A stretch of DNA of 64,000 nucleotides from a virus. The stretch is from IMG/VR virus record IMGVR_UViG_3300004806_000019, positions 20,224-84,223 of that record; one strand, written 5' to 3'. A program made the position numbers and the translations under genes. Position 1 is the stretch's first letter; the number at the start of each line of letters is the position of its first letter. The notes under the pieces are model-generated. The model saw nothing but the letters and a program-made list of their open reading frames with translations. It ran no database searches and was not told where the DNA came from. Shown piece after piece: positions 39,367 through 48,098 of the stretch.

Positions 39367-40063
39367 AGCTGTCGTTGCTGCTGTCTTTGTCTCGATTGGT
39401 CTTGGTTCTTTTATTGTCTGGCTTGATGTCATACGACCTATGAGACTAGTTACACAGATTCACCCTCCTTATCAGACGCTGAGTGGAAACCGTGTTGGAG
39501 GCTCTCTTACTGAGATTGTGCTTTGTGCCGCAACGAAGGTCGGCCATCCATTCACATTAGAATGGGGTCCGTGGGCTGAGATGCAGGATAGAGTTTATAA
39601 CAGTAAAGCAGACGCTTTCTTTGGGGCATTCAGGACAACGTGGCGGGACAGTTTTGCGACGGCCTCAAACCCTATTCTTCCTGCGCGGATCGTGAAGATC
39701 GTTGCTAATCACCTCCCTCATTACCCTCCTATCATTGGCGTCAAGATGGGTGCGGGAGTAAGTTCTCAAGCGATAACATCTGGGGCTGTTGCGATACGCC
39801 ACGAGTTCATGGACAATTATGAGATCGTTGATGCTTTGCTTGATGATACGATTGATTTTGCATTCTTGGATATCGTGATCTTAAATGAGATCCTGATGGA
39901 GAAGAGGCTTCCCCTGGACACCTTTAAGACAAGCTACATATACGATGAAAGCTATTCGGTGTATTTTTCCAATAAGTTTCTGGAAACCCATCCAGGGTTT
40001 TTGAGTTCATTTAATAAATCTTTGATAGAATGTAATCCTGCGTCTCAGGAGAGAGTTAAATGA
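39356..40063 (+). CDS. Membrane-anchored periplasmic solute-binding protein (SBP family 3-like)
   Basis: AAGGA SD, N-terminal TM, RLVT...PPY....G...EIV..A...G......PW, D.FF....T..R, F...FN..L. Confidence 0.75.
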   Translation: MTVKAVVAAVFVSIGLGSFIVWLDVIRPMRLVTQIHPPYQTLSGNRVGGSLTEIVLCAATKVGHPFTLEWGPWAEMQDRVYNSKADAFFGAFRTTWRDSFATASNPILPARIVKIVANHLPHYPPIIGVKMGAGVSSQAITSGAVAIRHEFMDNYEIVDALLDDTIDFAFLDIVILNEILMEKRLPLDTFKTSYIYDESYSVYFSNKFLETHPGFLSSFNKSLIECNPASQERVK

Positions 40064-40076
40064 ATGGTATTGTGAA

Positions 40077-41651
40077 GTGACAGCCATACCTATCGATATA
40101 AGCTTTGCTCCTGGTGTATCCAGAGACACCACATTATTTGATACGCAAACTGCGCTTGATGTGTTGTGGTGCAGATTCCGTAATGGTCGCCCTCGTAAGA
40201 TGGGTGGATATCAACGTATTACGGATAATCTTTCAGGCGTCCCTAGGCGCATCCATATTTTCTATCAAGGTTCTCAGGCAATCATTCACATCGGAACGAC
40301 AGCGGGGTTGCAGCAGGTCGTTATCGATTACAATGGTAACTTCATAAGTTCTGCGGATAGAACCCCTGTATCAGGGTTTACGCCTAGCGCGAATATCGGG
40401 TGGACCTTAGACTCGATCTTCGATACCAATACTGGCGTCGTGAACCTTATAGCTCACGCTACCGCTGATTCAAACGCTCCGTATAATCTGACCCAGACCG
40501 TTCCATTTATCGGGCAGATTACGCTGACTACTGTTCTGGTGAAGTTTTCAGATCCGGGGTCTTACGGTGGTGGGGCGTGGACTCAGCCTGATGTTGCTGG
40601 GGGTATCGTTTGTGTTCAGCCTTATGTCTTTGATTATGATGCTGCGGGATTGGTTGGGTGGAGCGCCCCAAACATCCCTCTCTATTTAGGGATAACCGGG
40701 GGAAGTTCTGGTGCTGGTCAAGCAAGGATTTCTTCTCAGAAGATTATGGCTGGCGCTCCTTTGCGAGGGGGTGGTGTTCAACAGCCATCGGTATTGTTCT
40801 GGAGTTTGTCCGAAGTTATAACCGGGACATTCGTTGGAAGTAATGCGGGTTATTTCGCTTTCTCCACGATTTCAAACTCATCATCGATCATCTCGACAAA
40901 GGCCAATATTGAATATGACGGACTGCATTACTGGTGCGGGATCGACAGGTTTCTGGTTTACAACGGAACCGCTCAAGAAGTGGCAAATCCTCATAACCAG
41001 GATTGGTTTTTCAATAATCTCAATTGGACTTATGCGGGTAAAGTCCAGGCTTTTAAAGTTCCTCGTTATGGAGAGATCTGGTGGTTAGCTCCGTTATTCG
41101 GGGCGACTGAATGCTCTCATGCGATTATCTACAATGTAAGAGAGGGAACTTGGTATGACACCGAGCTTCCCGATGGGGGGCGTTCCTGTGGTGCTTTTGC
41201 CCAAGGATTAAGATATCCGATTATGGGTGGCACGGCTCAGAACGCAAATGGATATAAGTTATGGCTGCATGAATCCGGTACGGATGAGGTCGATGGTAAT
41301 GTGACTAATCCTGTACGGTCTTACTTTGAAACGCCATATATGGGTGGACCTAGGCAGCAACAACCAAACGATAAGGGGTTGTCTTATCAGCAGTTAGAGC
41401 CTGATTTCATCCAAACTGGAGATATGACGGTTTCTATTGTTGGTACGGCGAATGCCAGAAGCCCTGTGTCGAATGGAACGGCTGTTCCTTTGAAGGCTGT
41501 CCCCGGAGTACCACAAGAGCAATTGGTTTCGTTTAAAGAAGGACATCGGTTAGGAAGCCTTCATATTGAATCAAATGTGTTAGGTGGGAGCTACATCTGT
41601 GGGAAAAACCTCCTTCATGTAGAGCCAGCGGAAGCAAGGATTGTATCGTGA
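40077..41651 (+). CDS. Tail nozzle / packaged-DNA stabilisation protein (P22 gp10/T7 gp12-like)
   Basis: PGV.RD.T, RF..G.P.KMGG, F.VYNG, YGEIWW, IYN..E..WY, EPDF.Q.G. Confidence 0.8.
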   Translation: MTAIPIDISFAPGVSRDTTLFDTQTALDVLWCRFRNGRPRKMGGYQRITDNLSGVPRRIHIFYQGSQAIIHIGTTAGLQQVVIDYNGNFISSADRTPVSGFTPSANIGWTLDSIFDTNTGVVNLIAHATADSNAPYNLTQTVPFIGQITLTTVLVKFSDPGSYGGGAWTQPDVAGGIVCVQPYVFDYDAAGLVGWSAPNIPLYLGITGGSSGAGQARISSQKIMAGAPLRGGGVQQPSVLFWSLSEVITGTFVGSNAGYFAFSTISNSSSIISTKANIEYDGLHYWCGIDRFLVYNGTAQEVANPHNQDWFFNNLNWTYAGKVQAFKVPRYGEIWWLAPLFGATECSHAIIYNVREGTWYDTELPDGGRSCGAFAQGLRYPIMGGTAQNANGYKLWLHESGTDEVDGNVTNPVRSYFETPYMGGPRQQQPNDKGLSYQQLEPDFIQTGDMTVSIVGTANARSPVSNGTAVPLKAVPGVPQEQLVSFKEGHRLGSLHIESNVLGGSYICGKNLLHVEPAEARIVS

Positions 41652-41884
41652 TTGATCCTAGAGGAATGACGTTTCAATCATGGGCTTGTCAGACAGTTCC
41701 TAGGTTTATGCAATATGGTTTCATCCCCACTCCACAAGGGGAAAAAAACTGGAAGCAATGGGCGAGTTACATTGTTGGGTTGTCTCAACTTTCTGCGATA
41801 AATCCTCCTCGACCAGAAAGTTATAAAGAGTGGAGAGATTGGGCTGTGAGATTTAACGGGTCAGTCGTAGCTCTTGGACTTTAA
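41648..41884 (+). CDS. Small tail protein (DPRGM..W..W type)
   Basis: GTGA overlap; Trp-rich pattern. Confidence 0.65.
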   Translation: MIDPRGMTFQSWACQTVPRFMQYGFIPTPQGEKNWKQWASYIVGLSQLSAINPPRPESYKEWRDWAVRFNGSVVALGL

Positions 41885-41932
41885 GAGAGTTTTTGGGTAT
41901 TATCCGAAAGTTATGCTTGGAAGGCGCGGCAT

Positions 41933-44395
41933 ATGCAGTCCACCGATTTTCAGAACTTGACACAACCATCCATGGATATGGTGGATTTGGTTCGTCATGC
42001 TTATGAGAAAGGTGGGAAAGCAGAGAGGGAATCGCAGAAGGAAAAAGGCAAGAAGAGTGGCGTGACGATTGCGATTGTCCTTCCTCAGATGCCTCATCCT
42101 GCTGTGCTTGGTGCGTTATCCCAGCCGTTGCTAGAGCAACATATGGCGGAGCAACAAGGCCAGGAACAACCGAAGCAGATGGCCAAGGGCGGAGGGGTCC
42201 GTAAGCACTTTGCCAGCGGTGGTGCAAACGATCCGACATCTGCCACTAACCTTGCCGGGGATGCCATAACAGGTGGGATGGCTGTATATAGTGGATCAAC
42301 AGGTGCCGGTGCTGGTTTAGGTAATTGGATTGATACAAGCCAACTTGGTCAATCCGTTGGTTTAGGGACATCAACCGCTCCATCTGCTGATGCCATTGCT
42401 TCTGCCGCAGCAGCCCCAAATGCTGATATTGGTCCTTCATTAGCAGATGCAACATTGCCATCGGTTCCAACGGAAACTGGAGCGGCTCTATCTTCAGCCA
42501 TGGCTGATGCCGGTTGGGGTGGGATTGGAACTGTCATTGGAAATGTTGCCGGTCTTCCTTCTAATCAAAACCCTCTTGTAAATGCAGGAATGAATATTGC
42601 CGGGTCATTGGGTGGCGCGGCATTAGGTTCGGCTGCTGGTGGGGCTTTGGGAGGAACAATTGCGGGGATGGAGGCAGGGAGTGTTCTTGGCCCCATCGGA
42701 GCTATTGGCGGGGCTTTAATTGGAACACTTGCAGGGTCATTGTTCGGCCCTAATCCCTCTGTAGGTCCAGATGCCAATACAACCATATCTGGTTGGGATT
42801 CAACCAATAACCAACCTACCTATGCTCAGGGCGCCGGAAATGGCGGAAGCTCTGCAATCTCAAATGCTTTGATGCAGCAAGCATATCAAAACGCAAACAA
42901 TTATATCAGTAAATTAGGTGGGCAGATTACAAACACGGCTCCATTGTCTACGGGGTATTTCAAGGGGAAATACTTTGTATCAGACACAAATGCCGGTGGT
43001 AATGCTACATATACTGGAAATCAGTTTTCCGATCCAAATGCTGCTATTCAAGATCTTACTCAAAGGATCGTTGAGGCAAGCGTTATTAATGGTCTGACGC
43101 CAACTCAATTGGCTGGCATCGGAAATTATGCAACTCCGACATCGCCAAATTATTCAGGGGATTATACGTCAGGTCCATTAAAGGGAGGCACAATAGATGC
43201 GTATAATCCAGCAACATATGCCAATGGAGTTCCGTCTATTGCGTCTTTAACGAATGGGGCAAATACCAGTGGTGGGAACGGAAGTTCTGGTGGAACTGGG
43301 GGAACTGGGGCTGGTGCGACGGCTGCAAATCCAACGTTAGATCAGCAGATAACAAATGACTATTTAAGCACTCTAGGACGCGCTCCATCATCGTCAGAGT
43401 TGTCTTATTATGAGTCTGATCCCAATTATGCGGCTCATATCGCTGCCTCACCGGAAGCATCTAGTTTAACGTCTAATATTCAAAAGACGTTTACAGCCGA
43501 TACAGGGCGTCCAGCAGATGCTGCAACGTTGGCATATTACGCAGCGGATCCGAACTATGCCGCTCATATCGCCGCCGCTCCTGAATCTCAAAATTATACA
43601 GCGAATGCGACAACGATTAATAATGCAGCAAATACTGTCCTTGGACAGCCTGCCGATCCGGCAACAGTAGCGGCATTAAATACAGCCCTTAATAATGGTA
43701 CATTAACGACTGCCGGTATTCCTGCTGCGTTAAAGGCAACCTCTCAATATACTAATAATGTCAATGCTGGAACGGTCGGTCCTCAAGGGAACTTTGCTCC
43801 TAGTTATACGGTTCCTTCTCAGGGCAGGGACGCCTATACGGTAGCTACGGCTAATTCAGCGGCTAATTCGCTGGTCCCAACATGGGGTCAGAATGCAGCA
43901 ATTGGTGCGGCAGATGCTCTTGGCGTTAATCATTCTCAGATTGGTGCCTTGAATGGGTACATGCCCTACACGCCTCCGCCTGGAACGGGTGCTGGAGCTT
44001 TTGCGCCATCGAGTCCTTTAAACGGAGGCGTTGCTGCTCCGCCTACTCCGTCAGCATCTAATCCATTAGGTGCTTTGAATAGCGCGAATCCTTCAGGGAC
44101 ATATTCAGGCCCTGCCTTACCTAGCACAGGAACTCCTGTAGATCTTGGTGCTGGAGTGACGGGTAGTAGTGGCTCCTATAGCCCTCCTAGCACAGAAAAT
44201 CCTGTGGCTCTTAATAGGACGGTAACGGGAGGCGTTCCTGCTAGTCCTGCATATTTACGGGCTGTATCTGGTCAGAGCACCCCTGTTGGATATGGAACTC
44301 CGATGGTGTTGCCTGATTCGACATTGATTGACCCGATTACCGGATTGCCGATCACGGCTGCATCTGGTGCGTTAAACCAAGCGGCTGGAGCGTAG
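41933..44395 (+). CDS. Ejection/internal virion protein with glycine zipper and three DUF4214-like repeats
   Basis: GG.LG..AG zipper; LGRAPS..EL.YY and TGRPAD...LAYY repeats. Confidence 0.65.
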   Translation: MQSTDFQNLTQPSMDMVDLVRHAYEKGGKAERESQKEKGKKSGVTIAIVLPQMPHPAVLGALSQPLLEQHMAEQQGQEQPKQMAKGGGVRKHFASGGANDPTSATNLAGDAITGGMAVYSGSTGAGAGLGNWIDTSQLGQSVGLGTSTAPSADAIASAAAAPNADIGPSLADATLPSVPTETGAALSSAMADAGWGGIGTVIGNVAGLPSNQNPLVNAGMNIAGSLGGAALGSAAGGALGGTIAGMEAGSVLGPIGAIGGALIGTLAGSLFGPNPSVGPDANTTISGWDSTNNQPTYAQGAGNGGSSAISNALMQQAYQNANNYISKLGGQITNTAPLSTGYFKGKYFVSDTNAGGNATYTGNQFSDPNAAIQDLTQRIVEASVINGLTPTQLAGIGNYATPTSPNYSGDYTSGPLKGGTIDAYNPATYANGVPSIASLTNGANTSGGNGSSGGTGGTGAGATAANPTLDQQITNDYLSTLGRAPSSSELSYYESDPNYAAHIAASPEASSLTSNIQKTFTADTGRPADAATLAYYAADPNYAAHIAAAPESQNYTANATTINNAANTVLGQPADPATVAALNTALNNGTLTTAGIPAALKATSQYTNNVNAGTVGPQGNFAPSYTVPSQGRDAYTVATANSAANSLVPTWGQNAAIGAADALGVNHSQIGALNGYMPYTPPPGTGAGAFAPSSPLNGGVAAPPTPSASNPLGALNSANPSGTYSGPALPSTGTPVDLGAGVTGSSGSYSPPSTENPVALNRTVTGGVPASPAYLRAVSGQSTPVGYGTPMVLPDSTLIDPITGLPITAASGALNQAAGA

Positions 44396-44399
44396 AAAG

Positions 44400-45689
44400 A
44401 TGGCTGAAGATCTTTTATCAGGTTGGCTATCCCCGGATATCACGTCATCTTTTGACGGTAGCTCTCTTGATACATCAAGTCTTTTTACTGGTTCTCCAGG
44501 CTTGGCGAGTTTTGACTCATCATCTCTTCCAGGGGCTTCTGGTATAGATTATTCAGTTGGTGGCGTTGGATCGTCGGGAACGATAGGTCTTGGAAGTGGT
44601 TTGCCTGTTGGGGCAGGGTCTTCAGTTGGGGCTGGAGCAATACCAGGAGATGTGTTTTTACCTGCTGGACAAACGATTAATGACCAAAATCTTAGCATTA
44701 TTAATTCGTTTTCTGAGGGCAATTACACACTTGATAAGAATGGTTTGCTGTCCGGAAAAGGCGCTTTAAATGGAATGTCCCCTGAAGAGGGGATGGCGCA
44801 GCTAGGTCTTGCTCCGCAGGCTCCAAGTGGCGGTATTCTTAGTGGAGTTCTAGGAACCAGTACTCCCTATGCTAATGACACTTCTGGGTTTTCTATCGGA
44901 AAATCAGGAACAGTGACAGGCGCTCCAGATGCTGCATTAGGGGCGGCAGCAACGAAAGGTCTTGTTTCAGCTTCTTCTTCCGGGGCTTCCGCAGATAATT
45001 CAGGAAATCCATCAAACAGTTCAACTGATAGCAATAGCGGCAAAGGGGCCTTGAACAGCATATTTGGTGGTGGGAATGGAATTAATGTTGGAACGGGTGC
45101 TTTAGCCCTTGGGGCTTTGGCTGGACTTGCTGCCGCCCTTGGAGGGTCGCCTAAACAAAACTCCGTATCTCAAACTGCAAACTCCGTCGCTAATGCAAAC
45201 GCTGCTACACAGACTCCTCAGTGGAATGCTCAATTGAGTAATAAGCTTTACACTCCTCCCGTTCCTAATCCTAACTATGTCGCAGGAACGGCGGCGAATA
45301 ATTATAAGAGTGTTGGTCTTCCCACTATGGGGGGTGGCTTTAATTTTGCTCATGGTGGAGCTTTAAGCAACCCAAGGATATATACGACTGACCCTGACCA
45401 TAATGAAGCTGTTCATGGTGGTCCGATGTTTGATAGTCGGAAAGGTGATCGTTATGTCCAAGGCCCCGGAGACGGTCAAGAGGATGCAATTCCTGCTGCA
45501 TTGAGTGATGGAGAGTACGTTGTCGATGCCCAGACCACTTCAATCCTAGGAGGGGGGTCGAATAAGAAGGGTGCCGAGCTACTCGATAAGTTTAGGGATG
45601 AAGTCCTGAAGAAAGCTCATAGCCAGAAGTTTTTACCAAAGGGACTTGGTAAAGGTGCATTGAGCAAATTAGCAAGTGGAGCGGCATAA
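44400..45689 (+). CDS. Ejection/internal virion protein with C-terminal GPGDG..D.IPA.LSDGEYV domain
   Basis: S/G-rich, one hydrophobic helix, tape-measure-associated motif at the C-terminus. Confidence 0.7.
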   Translation: MAEDLLSGWLSPDITSSFDGSSLDTSSLFTGSPGLASFDSSSLPGASGIDYSVGGVGSSGTIGLGSGLPVGAGSSVGAGAIPGDVFLPAGQTINDQNLSIINSFSEGNYTLDKNGLLSGKGALNGMSPEEGMAQLGLAPQAPSGGILSGVLGTSTPYANDTSGFSIGKSGTVTGAPDAALGAAATKGLVSASSSGASADNSGNPSNSSTDSNSGKGALNSIFGGGNGINVGTGALALGALAGLAAALGGSPKQNSVSQTANSVANANAATQTPQWNAQLSNKLYTPPVPNPNYVAGTAANNYKSVGLPTMGGGFNFAHGGALSNPRIYTTDPDHNEAVHGGPMFDSRKGDRYVQGPGDGQEDAIPAALSDGEYVVDAQTTSILGGGSNKKGAELLDKFRDEVLKKAHSQKFLPKGLGKGALSKLASGAA

Positions 45690-46960
45690 TGTCAGGCATA
45701 GGTAGCTTATTAACTGGCTCTCCCACTCCTCCGCAGCCAACAAGTGCTGATGCAACGTCATCATTTCCTGTATGGCTACAAGATTATTTGTCCAATATGG
45801 TCAGTGGGGCGAATAGCCTCATCGATACCACCCCTATGTCTGTTTATGGAGATGCAGCGAGTGGCTCTCCGTCTTTGGTGGCAACTCCTTCAGCCAACAC
45901 ACAGGCTGCATGGCAAAGTGCTGTAAACAATCAAGGTAGTTGGAAACCAGCTTTAGCAGATGCTGGTGGTCTAACAATGTCAGCAGCTTCCCCGATATCT
46001 GCTGACACAATGGGTTCTAATACTAACGCATATAACACAGATGCTTTAGGAAGTGTTGGTCAGTACGGAAGTGCAATGCAGGGCCAGACTTTGGGGAATC
46101 AATCTGCATATTCTGGAAATACCACAGGAAATCTTATCAATTCAGGAAATCAAATTACCGGGGCACTGAACAATGCTGTTCAGAGTAACGTTGGTGGGTA
46201 TTTAAACCCTTATACAGAGAACGTTATAGGTGGCATTGAGAGTTCAATGAACACCAATCTGATGCAGAATGTTCTACCTCAGATTCAAGATCGGATGGTT
46301 CAATCTGGTCAGGTTGCTTCTCCACAGCAGATGCAAGCTGAAAACAATGCTGTTTATCAAAACCAACAAGCTATTGGTCAAGCGATTGCCCAACCGTTGC
46401 AGTCTGGATATACAACGGCTCTTGGTGCCGCTCAGAACTCTGCAAACAATGCGTTTGGATATGGGAACCAAGGCGCTTTGTCATCTTTGACCACAGGTGC
46501 GGGTCAAGCTGGTCAGGCAGTGTCAAGCGCCCAAACGGGAGCAAGCGCCGGGAACCAGATGTCTCAGGCAGAACAGGCTGCTGCCCTTCAGGGTGGTTCT
46601 CAGATGGGGCAGATTGCAAGCCTCAATTCCAATCTAAATGCTTCAGATGTTGGACAGCTTGCAGCAGCAGGTGCAGCGCAGGATTCAGTAAACCAAGCGA
46701 ATATCAATGCGACGGCAAATCTGTACAACACAAGCCAACAGATGCCATATCAGCAGCTTGGATTTATGTCCAACTTGATCCGTGGTCAGAATATGCCAAC
46801 GAACGTACAAACGACTGCCTTGAGTTATCAACCTCAGTCTATGTACTCACCGTCTCCTTTATCCACGGCCGTTGGAACAACGGCTTTGGCCAGTGGGTTA
46901 GGGTTAGCTAAAGGTGGTAAGGTTAAGCCTAGGGGGGCTTTGTCCCTCTATGCAGCGTGA
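45689..46960 (+). CDS. DNA-transfer/pilot-type ejection protein
   Basis: Q/A/S/N-rich; YLNPYT.NV and PYQQL.F motifs. Confidence 0.7.
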   Translation: MSGIGSLLTGSPTPPQPTSADATSSFPVWLQDYLSNMVSGANSLIDTTPMSVYGDAASGSPSLVATPSANTQAAWQSAVNNQGSWKPALADAGGLTMSAASPISADTMGSNTNAYNTDALGSVGQYGSAMQGQTLGNQSAYSGNTTGNLINSGNQITGALNNAVQSNVGGYLNPYTENVIGGIESSMNTNLMQNVLPQIQDRMVQSGQVASPQQMQAENNAVYQNQQAIGQAIAQPLQSGYTTALGAAQNSANNAFGYGNQGALSSLTTGAGQAGQAVSSAQTGASAGNQMSQAEQAAALQGGSQMGQIASLNSNLNASDVGQLAAAGAAQDSVNQANINATANLYNTSQQMPYQQLGFMSNLIRGQNMPTNVQTTALSYQPQSMYSPSPLSTAVGTTALASGLGLAKGGKVKPRGALSLYAA

Positions 46961-46970
46961 GGGACGGAAA

Positions 46971-48098
46971 ATGGTTGGGATGTTAAACGCAATTGCTGGC
47001 AGATATCATTATGATGAAGGCGGCTCTACTGGAGATGACGACCAGCAGAGAGGTCCACTCTCCACTTATGACCCGTCTGTTCTTGGCAATATGCAGAATG
47101 CAGTCCTAGGGGGAACACCTGAATCTGCCTTGCAGAAATATAAGGATGCCCAATCAGCACAGGAAGCAGCGGCCCAAGCAAAGAAGGATCGTATCCAACA
47201 GGCAATGGATACACTGAGTGCAAATCGCTCCAATCTCCCGATGATGGCTTTTGGCGCAGGGATGATGAAGCCAACCCACACTGGCACGTTTGGCGAAACA
47301 CTTAGTAATGCAATGAGCGATACAATCCCCGCCATTGATAAGCAGCGTCAATATGAGGCGCAGCTTCAGCAGATGGGGGTTTCAGCGGCTGACGTTGATC
47401 TGGCCCAGAAGACTAAAGCGGCCCAAGATTGGACAGACCGGATGAAGCTTGGGTTGACTACGGCAGAAACAAACCAGAGATTGCAGCAAAGTGATCAGCA
47501 ACATCAGGATTCGCTTAATCTTCAGAGGCAGCAGCTTCAAGGACAAAAAGGATATTATGATTATTTGAAGCAAGAAGACCCTGACGAAGTTTCCTCATGG
47601 GTGCCATTGTATGAAAAACCGGGCGTTCAAAAGATGGACCCTGTAAGTGGCTTGCCGTTATATCAAGGCATGAGCAAAACAGAGAAGCCCGTCGGTCAGC
47701 CTCGGATTGTTAGAAGTGATGATTTGGATAGCAGCAATACAAGTTCCCGTGCAGATCCGATTATTTCGCAGTATAATTCGGCTCAGAAGGCGCTTGATGC
47801 TGCTATTAGCAAAAGGTACGTTATATTAGGATCAAATCCTAAAGCCGATACGAAAATGTTAGATGAGCAAATCGCTCGTCAAAGAGAGCTTGTTGAACAA
47901 TTGAGAGTTGCGGCTACGACAAGGTTGGGAGGCTCAACCACAACGCAGCCTGTATCGCCGGATCCCTTAGCGGCAGGATTAGGGGGAAACGGAAGTGTTC
48001 CTTCTAAGAAGCCAAACATTGATCCTGGCATATATTCTCCTTCTCAAGAAGCAGCTAGGTCTGGAGCATTTCCCGCCCCACAGCCAGGAATTGATTGA
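46971..48098 (+). CDS. Ejection/internal virion protein
   Basis: GAGGG SD; FG.GM..PT.TG.FGE motif; Q-rich helices. Confidence 0.65.
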   Translation: MVGMLNAIAGRYHYDEGGSTGDDDQQRGPLSTYDPSVLGNMQNAVLGGTPESALQKYKDAQSAQEAAAQAKKDRIQQAMDTLSANRSNLPMMAFGAGMMKPTHTGTFGETLSNAMSDTIPAIDKQRQYEAQLQQMGVSAADVDLAQKTKAAQDWTDRMKLGLTTAETNQRLQQSDQQHQDSLNLQRQQLQGQKGYYDYLKQEDPDEVSSWVPLYEKPGVQKMDPVSGLPLYQGMSKTEKPVGQPRIVRSDDLDSSNTSSRADPIISQYNSAQKALDAAISKRYVILGSNPKADTKMLDEQIARQRELVEQLRVAATTRLGGSTTTQPVSPDPLAAGLGGNGSVPSKKPNIDPGIYSPSQEAARSGAFPAPQPGID

